64,000 nucleotides of DNA. It comes from Planctomycetota bacterium (GTDB lineage Bacteria; Planctomycetota; B15-G4; JADJEK01). The notes under the pieces were generated by a model. That model worked only from the letters and a program-made list of their open reading frames with translations, had not been told where the DNA came from and did no database searches. This document shows, piece after piece, positions 1 through 12,450 of the stretch; within the stretch, counting starts at the first letter, position 1; each line of letters starts with the position of its first letter. The stretch spans positions 7,842 to 71,841 of the forward strand of contig JBPOIU010000019.1 in the NCBI GenBank assembly GCA_052034255.1, in the 5' to 3' direction. A program made the position numbers and the translations under genes.

Positions 1-2806
<2,806 letters not shown>

Positions 2807-2842
2807 GGGAACGATCGAACGCTCGACGAGCGCGCGTGCCGA

Positions 2843-5836
2843 TCACGAGCCCAACACCCAACCGTCGCAGACGAACGATCCCCAGGTCCTGACCCCGTCA
2901 TGCAATTCGCCGCGCACCCGCGCATCCGCGAGCGAGTCGAGCTTCGCACGTCGCAACGCCATCGCCGGTGGCTCGCGGCGCGTCCAGACGCCTTCATAGA
3001 AGCGCCGCACGAACTCGGCCGTCGCGTCGTCCGGAATCGGCCAGAGCGAACCGATCACGTGCCTCGCACCGGCCTGTCGCAGCGACCGACGCAACCCGAG
3101 CACGCCCTCGCCGAGCGTCGGCGTTCCCGCTCCGGATGAACACGCAGCGAGGAACACCAAATCCGCAGCCCGAAGATCGAGCCAACTCGCGTCGAAGTCC
3201 GTCACCGACGAACACCCCTCGCCATCGACTTCGGGTGCCAGAACGAGACCTGAACGAGCGAACGCCGCGGACGTCCCTGAGCGGAAGAACCCATGGGTTG
3301 CCAGATGAACGAAGCGCCGGCCACCCACGGCCCCACGGAACATCGATGCGCACGCTCCGCGGCCGCTGAGAACGAGGCGCTCACCTGCGTCGGCGAACTC
3401 GCGCGCGTGCAACGCTTGAACTAGATCGACCTCGCGGCGCGTTCCGGAAAGAGCTCCCCACTCCCCCGCGTAGTCCACTTCGCCCACGATGAGTGCAGAA
3501 GGAGGCACGTCGTCACCGATCGGTGGCGGCGGCGGGGTGCCGAAGTCGGACACGAAACAGACTTCGATCGCTTCGACGAGATGTCGACCGTCGGCGAGCA
3601 GCAGCGCGTCGAGCGGCGCCGCTGCGAGTGCACCGTCGGGCGCGACGATCCAGCGGGTCGCGCCAGGCGCCGCGCGCAACAGCGGATCCACCAGTCGGGA
3701 TCCGAGAGCGCGAAGGCTCGCGGCCAGCGCATCTGGGCGCGGCGTTCCCACCGTGTCGCCGCCAGCGACCTGGACAGCCTTCCCCCGCGAACGATTCGAT
3801 CCGAACAGCTCGCCGATCCGAGCGACATCACCGTCGATCGCCACGGCATCGCCGAGTTCCACGGTCGTCACACCAGGCTCGTCCGAGCGCACCACGAACG
3901 CCACGTACTCATCGCGAAGACCGCTCGCAGTTTCCTCCGATCCCTCGCCGCGAGGAATCCAACGACGGATTCGCATGACGTCGACGGCGGCCGTTCCGCG
4001 AGGGAGCGACGCGCGCAGTCGCGCGACGTCGAGAACGTCGCTTGCGAGCTGCGGAGCCGCCGCCGCGAACTCCGCCTCGGCGCGCTCGACCTCCGTACGA
4101 CGCTGCTCCCGTTCGGCGGTCTCGTCTCGGCTGGTCCGGTCCGACCGCATCGCGGCAATCGCACTCCGTACCCGGGAGGCCTCGACCTTGGCCGCTCGAC
4201 GCGCGAGCTCTCCGGTCACGTCGCGCGTCATCGCTTCGCGTTCGATGGCGAGGCGGCGCACGACGCGACCCTTGAACGCGAGCGCCTGGTCGTACGCTCG
4301 CTCGATCGCCTCCGCGCGACCCACGCGCAGCGCGAACGCGATGCTCAGGTCGACGAGTTCGCGGTACTCCGCGACGATCTCCAGCCGTTCGCGCTCCGAT
4401 TGCGCGAGCATCGAGCGATCCAACACGGAATCGAGTGTGGCAAGGCTCGTCGACGCGCGGCGTGATGCGGCCTCGACCTGACCACACTCCGCGAGACCCA
4501 ACGCCACCGCACTCTCGAGCCGTGTCGAGAAGAAGCCCGGAGTGAACGTGCGCTCTTGCTCCAGAGCGCACTCCAGGTACTCGAGTGCATCATCCGGGCG
4601 ACCCAACGCTTGAGCGACTCGACCGAGCAGATGGGCGTGTGGATCAGGCCCTGCTTGGCGATCATCGGCGAACTCACACCAGCGCTCGAACAGTGCGCGG
4701 ACCTCGTCCATCGATCCGTCAGCGCGGTGGCGAGCCAGTGCGTCGGCGAGTGCGATCCCGACACCCCGCCGTGCTTCGTTCGGGATGTCCGGTCGTCGTT
4801 CGACCACAGCATATGCCCGCCGCATCGCGGCGACCGCTTCGTCGGAGCGACCTTCTCTTGCGAAACACAGCGATAAGGTCGTGAGCACGGCTGAAAACGC
4901 TAACGGTGCCTTCGACTCCCACGACTCGCCCACATCGTCGACCAAAGCTTGGACCAGCGACAGTGCTTCCGCATGCCGACCACGGAGCGAGAGTACCTGC
5001 GACACGACGAGGGTTGCGACTGCACGAGGAAAACACGGGGATGATCGGGCGGCGTTTCGCTCCGCGACCTCGAGGAAGAGATCGCCGCGCACGAGGTCGC
5101 CACGGTTGAACAGGTGCATCGCAATCGTGCTGGCGAAGCCACCGAACGGCTCGGCGGACACCGTGTCGACGGCGTGGTCGATCCCGATCTCTTGGAGGCA
5201 AACATCGATGTCGGTCCTGGTCTGGAAAATCGAGCCGGATCGTCCTTGATCGTCGAGCTCTTGCCAGAGTGCGACGAGACAGCCCGGCGCTTGCGCAATT
5301 TCCATGTACCGCCCCAGCTCGTCCGCACCTGGGCCGCCATCGGGAGCAGCAAACAGAAGTTCGTCGATTCCCCAGCCACGCATCGAGTCCCGCCACCGCA
5401 ACTCGGGAGCAAGATGCGCCCGATCGACGCGTACACGCGCGCCGCCGATCCCGCCTCCGCTCGCACCGACGAACAGCTTCATCCGCGTGGGCGCGGAGGC
5501 CACGTTCAATTCGAGCTTGGCCGTGTCGGATGCGGAATTCGCGATCGAGGCTCTTGTTGCTTTCCCGTCGTCATCGACGACAGCAACGCCCGCGGCATAC
5601 GAGAGCGCCATCACTTCGACGACGTAGACGCCAGGCTCCGCCACCAGCACTTCGACGACGCGGCCTCGCAGGGACGTCGCAGGACCACCTGGAAGTTCGA
5701 TGTTCAGCAGCGACGACGTCCGTGACACGACGATCGTCTTGGATCGCCCTGGCACAATCGATGGGTCGTCGACCGCGAACAGGAGGAATACACACAGCCA
5801 GACCTGTGCGAGGGTGCTCACGGAGCAACGCCTCAA
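2843..5836 (-). CDS. Exported CHAT-domain (caspase-like Cys/His protease) protein with TPR-like helical repeats
   Basis: The N-terminus is signal-peptide-like (MRRCSVSTLAQVWLCVFLLFAV). The C-terminal CHAT signature has a His box (FVHLATHGFF) and a Cys box (LVFLAACSSGAG). The central region is alpha-helical and repeat-rich, 997 aa in total. Confidence 0.8.
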   Translation of the reverse strand: MRRCSVSTLAQVWLCVFLLFAVDDPSIVPGRSKTIVVSRTSSLLNIELPGGPATSLRGRVVEVLVAEPGVYVVEVMALSYAAGVAVVDDDGKATRASIANSASDTAKLELNVASAPTRMKLFVGASGGGIGGARVRVDRAHLAPELRWRDSMRGWGIDELLFAAPDGGPGADELGRYMEIAQAPGCLVALWQELDDQGRSGSIFQTRTDIDVCLQEIGIDHAVDTVSAEPFGGFASTIAMHLFNRGDLVRGDLFLEVAERNAARSSPCFPRAVATLVVSQVLSLRGRHAEALSLVQALVDDVGESWESKAPLAFSAVLTTLSLCFAREGRSDEAVAAMRRAYAVVERRPDIPNEARRGVGIALADALARHRADGSMDEVRALFERWCEFADDRQAGPDPHAHLLGRVAQALGRPDDALEYLECALEQERTFTPGFFSTRLESAVALGLAECGQVEAASRRASTSLATLDSVLDRSMLAQSERERLEIVAEYRELVDLSIAFALRVGRAEAIERAYDQALAFKGRVVRRLAIEREAMTRDVTGELARRAAKVEASRVRSAIAAMRSDRTSRDETAEREQRRTEVERAEAEFAAAAPQLASDVLDVARLRASLPRGTAAVDVMRIRRWIPRGEGSEETASGLRDEYVAFVVRSDEPGVTTVELGDAVAIDGDVARIGELFGSNRSRGKAVQVAGGDTVGTPRPDALAASLRALGSRLVDPLLRAAPGATRWIVAPDGALAAAPLDALLLADGRHLVEAIEVCFVSDFGTPPPPPIGDDVPPSALIVGEVDYAGEWGALSGTRREVDLVQALHAREFADAGERLVLSGRGACASMFRGAVGGRRFVHLATHGFFRSGTSAAFARSGLVLAPEVDGEGCSSVTDFDASWLDLRAADLVFLAACSSGAGTPTLGEGVLGLRRSLRQAGARHVIGSLWPIPDDATAEFVRRFYEGVWTRREPPAMALRRAKLDSLADARVRGELHDGVRTWGSFVCDGWVLGS

Positions 5837-6879
5837 CGAGCTTCGGTGACGTTCGCTTCGACACGCTCTAAACGAAGGCGACGCGTGACCGCAAAACTCG
5901 TCGATTGACCGCCCGGCATACTCATCTCGCCCGAGACCGACTGATCAAGTTCCAGAGCGATGGGAAGACCGGTCGAGCAATCCACACGCTGAGTTCCGAG
6001 GAACGCCCCCCCGGTGACTCGCATGGTTTTCAGCAGGCGAAACGCGTCCTTCAAGTCAGGGACGAGCGGCGCCTCCGAGTCACTTTGTTCATGCTGCGCA
6101 TCCGTCGTTTCTTGCGGCCCAACTTCGCTCGAAACGTCGGCGTCACCGGCAAAGCCGATCGTCGCTATGCGGGTCGCTGCGTCGTAGCCCTCGATCGCCG
6201 CAGTGACCTCGACCGCGATCGCGGGGGTTCCGTTGCCGAGCGAAGGCAACATGCGCCGGCATGTCCATGGCTCGCCGATCGCTCGCGGACTCGGCGGCAG
6301 GATCGGCATGAGACATTGGAACTCGGTGTCCTTGACCTCCTCGATGAGTGCGCCACTCAGCGATCCCCAGTCGTCGATCAACTCCTCTCCGTAGAACTCT
6401 TGCAGTCCTTCGATGCTTCGGATTTGTCCGGTAGGAGCCACGACGCACGTCAAAGATCGATCGTCTGCGTGGCGGAGCATCGTCCTCACGAGCATCGACG
6501 CTGGCGCAGGCACGTTGGGATCGTCGTCGGATCGCGAGTCGAACTCAGCGTCGCGCATCAGCGTCGCCCGCACCTTTCCCGACGTGCGCTCGAAGACGAT
6601 GACGACCTTCGTCGCGCGTTCGACGTCGCTCGCATCACCCGCCTCAGGAGCCGCGCTCAGTCGCAGGCGCTGCTCGTAGTCGCACGAGGTATCCACCCGA
6701 AAACCCTGCCCATTCGGCATGTTCACGACGGAGGTCGTGGTGACCGAGCCCGTGTGCCGGAAGGACACTGGCTCTCGCGGTGGAACCAGCGAAATCGCGA
6801 TCGCGTCCTCGGGGGTCTCGTCGCCGACGACGGTGCCGACGATGCAGGTCACCGCGAGCAAGCACTTCACGATTCGCAT
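5833..6879 (-). CDS. Hypothetical secreted protein, translationally coupled (4-nt overlap) to the downstream CHAT protease gene
   Basis: The internal Met at 6879 is preceded by GGAG and followed by a signal peptide (MRIVKCLLAVTCIVGTVVG). Its stop overlaps the CHAT start at 5833..5836. The composition is protein-like and not Arg-rich. No family was recognised. Confidence 0.55.
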   Translation of the reverse strand: MRIVKCLLAVTCIVGTVVGDETPEDAIAISLVPPREPVSFRHTGSVTTTSVVNMPNGQGFRVDTSCDYEQRLRLSAAPEAGDASDVERATKVVIVFERTSGKVRATLMRDAEFDSRSDDDPNVPAPASMLVRTMLRHADDRSLTCVVAPTGQIRSIEGLQEFYGEELIDDWGSLSGALIEEVKDTEFQCLMPILPPSPRAIGEPWTCRRMLPSLGNGTPAIAVEVTAAIEGYDAATRIATIGFAGDADVSSEVGPQETTDAQHEQSDSEAPLVPDLKDAFRLLKTMRVTGGAFLGTQRVDCSTGLPIALELDQSVSGEMSMPGGQSTSFAVTRRLRLERVEANVTEAR

Positions 6880-7333
6880 GTTCTGCTCCGTTCGAAGTTC
6901 GCGCCACCGTGGCACAGTCGTTCGCGATGCGTTGCGGCACACTGCGTGATGATCGTGCTGAACGCGAAGTGCCGCCAACCGCACTCAGGAACCGTGTCGG
7001 ACTGTGCCACTGAAGCCCATTCTCTGCCTCACCGTGATCGATCGACGTCACGGGGGACTCCTGCTCCGCCGTAGGCCGCGAGAATCTCGCAGTTCGCGCG
7101 TTTGGACGCAAGCTCCCGCGCATGGACGTGGCCGCCGCGGACGACGATCCGTTTGCGGCGCGCATTCGAACCTCGCGTCACTGCACGCCGCAGCCGCCCC
7201 GCACCACGATTTCCGCGAACTCCTGCATCCACTCGCCGGCGCCCTTCGATCCTCCCGATGACGTGACTCGCGGCGCATGGCGTCGCTCGCGTCGAACTCG
7301 ATCCATCGATCACCCCCAAAGAAGGAATACCCC

Positions 7334-8257
7334 ATGTTCACGCTCGCCATCTTGATGGCGACGGCAGCGTTGCCGTCGGATTGCTCGTCCAAGCCCAACC
7401 TCGCTCCCGTCGTCCACGTCGCCGCGGCACAGCGCGCCGGTGACATCGTCGACACCGCCGTCGCGGCCGGTGACTTCTCGACGCTGGTCGCGGCGGTGAA
7501 GGCCGCGGACTTGGTCGGCACGCTGAAGTCGGAAGGTCCGTTCACCGTGTTCGCGCCGACCGATGCTGCGTTCGCCGCGTTACCAAAAGGCACGCTCGAG
7601 AGCCTGCTGAAGCCCGAGGCCAAGAACACCCTGACGTCGATCCTGACCTATCACGTCGTCGCCGGACGGTTCGACGCGGCGGCGGTGCTGGGCTCGCGCT
7701 CGCTCGCGACCGTGAACGGGCAGCGCCTCGACGTATCGAAGCGCGGCGACGTCGCGATGATCGACGGCGCGAAGATCGTGAAGACCGACATCGTGTGCTC
7801 GAACGGCATCATCCACGTCATCGACGCGGTCGTGATGCCGAGCATGGACTCGATCGTCGCGACGGCGTCGGCCGCCGGCAGCTTCCGCACGTTGCTCGCC
7901 GCGGCGACTGCGGCGGGCCTCGCCGAGACGCTCGGCAAGGACGGTCCGTTCACGGTGTTCGCGCCGACGGACGCTGCGTTCGGGGCGCTGCCGAAGGGCA
8001 CGGTCGAAGACCTGCTGAAGCCCGAGAACAAGGATCGCCTGGTCGCGATCCTGAAGCTCCACGTCGTCTCGGGCCGCGTCGACTCCGCGGCGGCCGTCGC
8101 AGCCGGTGAGGCGAAGACGCTGCAAGGCTCGACGCTGCGCATCACGAGCAAGGACGGCAACGTGATGGTCGGCGGCGCGACGGTCTCGTCGGCCGACCTC
8201 GACGCCAGCAACGGCATCATCCACGTCATCGATCAGGTGCTGTTGCCGCAGGCCTGA
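7334..8257 (+). CDS. Fasciclin (FAS1) domain protein, two tandem FAS1 domains, lipoprotein/secreted
   Basis: There is an RBS (AAGAAGGAA) before the ATG at 7334 and an N-terminal signal ([18 protein letters not shown]). Two FAS1 domains are present, the first spanning [24 protein letters not shown] and the second from the next [28 protein letters not shown] onward. Confidence 0.85.
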   Translation: MFTLAILMATAALPSDCSSKPNLAPVVHVAAAQRAGDIVDTAVAAGDFSTLVAAVKAADLVGTLKSEGPFTVFAPTDAAFAALPKGTLESLLKPEAKNTLTSILTYHVVAGRFDAAAVLGSRSLATVNGQRLDVSKRGDVAMIDGAKIVKTDIVCSNGIIHVIDAVVMPSMDSIVATASAAGSFRTLLAAATAAGLAETLGKDGPFTVFAPTDAAFGALPKGTVEDLLKPENKDRLVAILKLHVVSGRVDSAAAVAAGEAKTLQGSTLRITSKDGNVMVGGATVSSADLDASNGIIHVIDQVLLPQA

Positions 8258-8275
8258 ACGGCGGACGGCGCCGCG

Positions 8276-8317
8276 CGACGACACGACCGGGCGAACACTC
8301 GTCCGGTCGTGTCGTCG
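8276..8317 (+). terminator. GC-rich hairpin (15-bp perfect stem, 12-nt loop) downstream of the fasciclin gene; candidate intrinsic terminator
   Basis: cgacgacacgaccgg gcgaacactcgt ccggtcgtgtcgtcg is read directly from the sequence and is followed by tgtt. The U-tract is weak. Confidence 0.35.
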
Positions 8318-8447
8318 TGTTCGCGCGAATCGCGCGCGGCGCGAAACCGCGGCGAGCGGCCGGCATCGCATCGGGTTCGAACTCGCGCGTGGACTTCGGG
8401 CGCACGGTCGCCTTGAATCCACGCTTCACCGACGAAAGGCGAACCCG

Positions 8448-8780
8448 ATGACGAACCACTATCACGACCCCGCCGACATGGGCTTGATGAAGCAGATGAA
8501 GGAACTCGCTCCGGTCGAGTTCAAGGCGTGGGTCGAACTCAACAAGATCTCGTCGCGCGAGGACGGCGCGATCCCGAAGAAGTACCGCGAGCTGATCTGC
8601 CTCGCGCTCGCACACGCGACGCAGTGCCCGTACTGTATCGAAGCGCACGCGAAAGGCGCGAAGGCCGCGGGAGCGACGCGCCAGGAAGTCGTCGAATCGA
8701 CCTTCCTCGCGGCATCGATGATGGCGGGCGGAGCGGCCGCGCACGGCGCGATGGCGCTGAAGCTGTTCGACCAGGCCTGA
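8448..8780 (+). CDS. Carboxymuconolactone decarboxylase / AhpD-like peroxidase-related family protein
   Basis: The 110-aa product has the AhpD-core CxxxH motif (CPYCIEAH) and an RBS (GAAAGG) upstream. Confidence 0.8.
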   Translation: MTNHYHDPADMGLMKQMKELAPVEFKAWVELNKISSREDGAIPKKYRELICLALAHATQCPYCIEAHAKGAKAAGATRQEVVESTFLAASMMAGGAAAHGAMALKLFDQA

Positions 8781-8785
8781 AAACG

Positions 8786-8831
8786 GGTCAGCCCCCGTGG
8801 CCTCGAACGACGGGGCGCACGGGGGCTGACC
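8786..8831. terminator. Hairpin between the convergent AhpD-like (+) and redoxin/cytochrome (-) genes; candidate bidirectional terminator
   Basis: ggtcagcccccgtg, an 18-nt loop, then cacgggggctgacc: a 14-bp perfect inverted repeat. Confidence 0.35.
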
Positions 8832-8834
8832 GCT

Positions 8835-10625
8835 TCAGTCGAGCTGCGTGCCGTTCTTCGCGTCGACGTCGAGCGCGAGGTCCTCGGCTTCTTCGACGTA
8901 GAAGAAGAAGCCGTACATCATCTCGTCCGTCGTCTGCCGGCCGAACTTCACGGTCGCGGACGGATCGGGATTGAACACGTTGAACGCCGAGTTGTCGAAG
9001 TGCGCCGTCACGTCGATGCGCGTGCCGGCGGGGAAGAACTTGCCTTCGCGCGGGTAGCGATAGGACTGCTGCCACTCGAAGTCGTAGTTCGGCACCACGA
9101 GCAGCGTCTCGCGCGCGCCGTCCGGCGTGTTCGCGACGAAAGTCATGTCGCGTCCGCGCAGATGCATGTGGACGAACACGCCGACCGCGCGCGAATCGGC
9201 CTTCAGCGTTCTCGACGCGTTCACGGCATGAGCTTCCGCACCCGGTGGGATCGCGAAGCGGAAGTCGGCGATCTGGTGGCAATGCAGCCGCTTGCGCACC
9301 TTCGTCTTCGGGAAGCGCAACGCGACCGAGACCTCGTCGACCTCGGGCTTGCCCGACGTCACGTAGTGGATCTCGGCGCCGAGGACCGAACCCGCCGGGA
9401 TCAACACCGCGGTCCCGGGATCGAGATCCATCGGATCGCCGCCGGGCACGAGGCCGGTGATGAAGTTCTCCATCTTGAACTTCTGGCCGAGCTCGTAGAA
9501 CGCGAGGTTGCAGTGGTGCAGGACGCGCGGGTTCGCGCCCTTGATCTCGACGGCCTCGACCCACGTGTCCTCGGTGAACAAGTGCGGGAACACCGTGTAG
9601 TGGTACGGGACGATCCCGCTCGCAGGCAACTCCGCGCGCCCGAGCTGAGTCAGCACGAGATCGGGCTCACCGATGCGCCATTCGCGTGGCGCGAACGTCG
9701 GCGCGGGCGGAGCGCGATCGAGGTCGCCGACCGGCGCGCCTTGCGCCGCGAACGCTTCGAGCGTCCGGATCTCGCGATCCTCGAGCCCGCGATGATTTGC
9801 GAAGTCCTCGCTGCCCGTCGTGCCGAACCATGGCGGCATGCGCTTCTGGCGCACGACCTCCGCGATCATCGCCGCGCGCTTCGCGACGTCCTCGTACGCG
9901 ACCAGCGCGAACGGTCCCTGCCCGCCGTCGTGATGACACTCGGCGCAATGACGATGCATGAGCGGCGCGACGTCCTGCGACCACGTCACCGGCGTCGCCG
10001 GCGGGGCCGGGCGCTCGAGCGTGAGCACGCATCCCTCGACCGGAGTCTCGGCCACGCGCACCTTCCCATTCGCGAGCACGTCGTCGATCGCCTCGCGCAA
10101 GTCCGCGCGCCCCGCACGCGCGGCCGTTCCCGTCACACGCGTGCTCGCGTCGACGCGACCGCGATAGCGCAGCGTCAGCGAACCATCGAGCACGACGACC
10201 TGCGGCGAGTGCGTGACTCCGAGGGCTCGCGCCGCCGCCATCTTCGGATCGTCGAGTACCGGCACGATCACGCCGTGCGCGAGCGCGAACGTCGCCGCAT
10301 CGGCGACCGTCTCGTTCGGATCGGCGTTCACGAGCGCGAACCGCACGCCGCGTTCGCGATACGTCGCCGCCAGCTCGGCGATGCGCGGCATGGCTTTGCC
10401 GGCCAGCGGACACTCGCACGTCGTGAACACGAGCACGAGCGCTCGGTCGACCGCGAACTCGTCGAGCGTCCGCGGCAAATAGCGCTGATCGAGCAGCGCG
10501 AACGGACCGGGCTTCGCGCCGATCGCGCAGGCGCGAGGCTCCTCGATCGACGCAGCGCCCGCGAGCGCCAGGGCCACGAACCACGAAACGCTCACGGCGA
10601 GGGCACGTCGCGCACGATCCACCAC
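8835..10625 (-). CDS. Exported multidomain redox protein: thioredoxin-like (redoxin) domain, mono-haem cytochrome c, and a copper type II ascorbate-dependent monooxygenase (PHM/DBH)-like C-terminal domain
   Basis: The signal peptide is followed by a redoxin motif (FTTCECPLAGKAMP), a CxxCH haem site (CAECHHDGG) and paired His clusters (LHHCNLAFYE, HMHLRGRD) as expected for PHM-type copper sites. Confidence 0.65.
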   Translation of the reverse strand: MVDRARRALAVSVSWFVALALAGAASIEEPRACAIGAKPGPFALLDQRYLPRTLDEFAVDRALVLVFTTCECPLAGKAMPRIAELAATYRERGVRFALVNADPNETVADAATFALAHGVIVPVLDDPKMAAARALGVTHSPQVVVLDGSLTLRYRGRVDASTRVTGTAARAGRADLREAIDDVLANGKVRVAETPVEGCVLTLERPAPPATPVTWSQDVAPLMHRHCAECHHDGGQGPFALVAYEDVAKRAAMIAEVVRQKRMPPWFGTTGSEDFANHRGLEDREIRTLEAFAAQGAPVGDLDRAPPAPTFAPREWRIGEPDLVLTQLGRAELPASGIVPYHYTVFPHLFTEDTWVEAVEIKGANPRVLHHCNLAFYELGQKFKMENFITGLVPGGDPMDLDPGTAVLIPAGSVLGAEIHYVTSGKPEVDEVSVALRFPKTKVRKRLHCHQIADFRFAIPPGAEAHAVNASRTLKADSRAVGVFVHMHLRGRDMTFVANTPDGARETLLVVPNYDFEWQQSYRYPREGKFFPAGTRIDVTAHFDNSAFNVFNPDPSATVKFGRQTTDEMMYGFFFYVEEAEDLALDVDAKNGTQLD

Positions 10626-11896
10626 AGTTCGCGCTCCTTGCGCACACCGAAAGCGACGGTCGAACCATCGCTCGAGAACACGGGCGGACCGGCGAAGTCG
10701 TAGGTCTCGTCACCGCCGACGCCGTCGACCACGATCGACCAGCGGTCGTCGTCGCGCGCAGCGTACGCGACGTGCGATCCATCGTGCGACAAGGTCAGTC
10801 CGGCGATGCGCTGGTGGCGCAGCTTGGCTTCAGTCCCCGCCACGACGACGAACCACGAACCGCCGCGCACGGAATCTTCGCCGAACCGCTGCGTGATCCA
10901 CTCGCGCTCGACCGTCGAGCCCTCGACCGCGACGTGCGCGAGGCGCTTGCCGTCGGCCGACCAGACCGGGCTGCAGACGAAGTCGAACCAGGACTTCGGT
11001 TGGGGGTCCGCGGTCGTCGCCACGCCGAGCTTCTCACCCCGACGGACCTTGTACCCCACGACCTTCCCGTCGGGCGAGAACACGGCGCAGCCGGCCGCAT
11101 CGAACGCGGTGCGGATCGGCGAGTCGTCGACGTACACCGTGAAGTTCTGTTCGGCGGGGCCCCCGTTCGCCTCGGCTGCGAGGCCTTCGTACGCGACGCG
11201 TTTCCCATCGCGCGAAAGGGCGACGCCCTGGACCAGACCGATTCCCTTCCCGAGCAACTGCTCTTTCTTGCCGACCTTCAGCGGGAACCAGCGCCCCGCC
11301 TTCATCGCGACCGCCGCGACGATCGATCCATCGGCGCTGATCGCGGGTGGGAACGCGGTCTCGGCATCCTGGAACTTGCCGCCGGTGTGGTTCCCGATCA
11401 CGAGTTGCACGTCGGACCGCCCGTACGCGCCGTCGTCACCGATCTTGGCTCCGGGTTGCGTCCAGTACGTGAATCCGCCTTGCGGCAGCGCCGCGATCTC
11501 ACCCATCCAATCGGTTGGCTTGGACAACCCGGTGTCGGAGTAGACCCACCACCGCTCCGTCGACTTCGTCAGCTGGTTGCCGACGCGGAATCCGACCGAC
11601 TTCCCGTTGGCCGAGAACACGGGCAGCCCCGCGAAGTCGTAACCCGCGGTCGACACGCTCGAATCGATCACGGGAATCGACTTCGCGCCCTTCCATGCCA
11701 CGTAGGCCACGCGCGCTCCGTCGGCGCTGAAGACCGGATGGACGCCCACACTGCGCGACGAGCCGTCTTGATGCGGCAATGGCGGCGACGCCAGCGACAA
11801 TGCGTCGGGAATCGTCGCAAGGAGTTTCGACTCCGATGCCGAAGCCCCCTCCATCGCGACGAACAGCGCGGCACAAGCCCACCACGAACCGTGCAT
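10592..11896 (-). CDS. Periplasmic PD40/TolB-like beta-propeller repeat protein
   Basis: A signal-like N-terminus is followed by repeated xFSxDGxxxAY blades (VFSADGARVAY, VFSPDGKVVGY, VWSADGKRLAHVA, LSHDGSHVAYAA, VFSSDGSTVAFG). It overlaps the downstream gene start by 34 nt. Confidence 0.65.
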   Translation of the reverse strand: MHGSWWACAALFVAMEGASASESKLLATIPDALSLASPPLPHQDGSSRSVGVHPVFSADGARVAYVAWKGAKSIPVIDSSVSTAGYDFAGLPVFSANGKSVGFRVGNQLTKSTERWWVYSDTGLSKPTDWMGEIAALPQGGFTYWTQPGAKIGDDGAYGRSDVQLVIGNHTGGKFQDAETAFPPAISADGSIVAAVAMKAGRWFPLKVGKKEQLLGKGIGLVQGVALSRDGKRVAYEGLAAEANGGPAEQNFTVYVDDSPIRTAFDAAGCAVFSPDGKVVGYKVRRGEKLGVATTADPQPKSWFDFVCSPVWSADGKRLAHVAVEGSTVEREWITQRFGEDSVRGGSWFVVVAGTEAKLRHQRIAGLTLSHDGSHVAYAARDDDRWSIVVDGVGGDETYDFAGPPVFSSDGSTVAFGVRKERELWWIVRDVPSP

Positions 11897-11958
11897 CGTC
11901 GCGTCTCCGATCCTGCGCTCGCCTGGTCCCGGTGGCCGAAGGGTAGACTCCTCGCCCC

Positions 11959-12411
11959 ATGAACGTCGATTCCTACTCTCCCGAACCCGGGTCCGATGTC
12001 GCGATCGGCGACGGTGAAGCGCACGTCCATTCGTTCCGCTTGCGCGGTTGGCGCTGGACGCTCGGCGTGCGCGATCCCGAAGTCCTGCGCGGCCGCATCC
12101 ACTTGACGACGCGGCGCTTCGTCGTCGGCATCTCCCGTCCCGAAGGCGACCAAGTCGTCAGCGTGCCGTGGAGCGACGTGATCGAGTTCGAATCGATCGA
12201 AGGCACGCGCGCGCTCGAAACGCTGCTCGGCGCCGAGGGGCACATGCTGCACGCGGTCACGAAGCAACCGCTGCTCGTCGAGCCCGATCAGGTGTTCTTG
12301 TTCGAGGTCGAACCGACGTCGGGCGCGCAGTCGGCGCAACGACCCGAGCATTGCGCACGCTTCATCGACATCACGGACGACCTCATGGTCGACGCGTTCG
12401 GCGAAGGGTGA
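11959..12411 (+). CDS. Hypothetical protein (150 aa)
   Basis: This is an ORF with protein-like composition and no recognisable motifs. It is convergent with the ABC ATPase gene. Confidence 0.35.
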   Translation: MNVDSYSPEPGSDVAIGDGEAHVHSFRLRGWRWTLGVRDPEVLRGRIHLTTRRFVVGISRPEGDQVVSVPWSDVIEFESIEGTRALETLLGAEGHMLHAVTKQPLLVEPDQVFLFEVEPTSGAQSAQRPEHCARFIDITDDLMVDAFGEG

Positions 12412-12450
12412 TTTCACGACGCCACGCCGCGTGAACCCGCACGGCCGTGT

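Noticed and set aside
8341-8400. gggttcgaactcgcg, reminiscent of a tRNA T-arm (GGTTCGAATCC)
   Set aside because: It does not match the T-loop consensus, and no acceptor stem or anticodon arm can be built around it. No tRNA is called.
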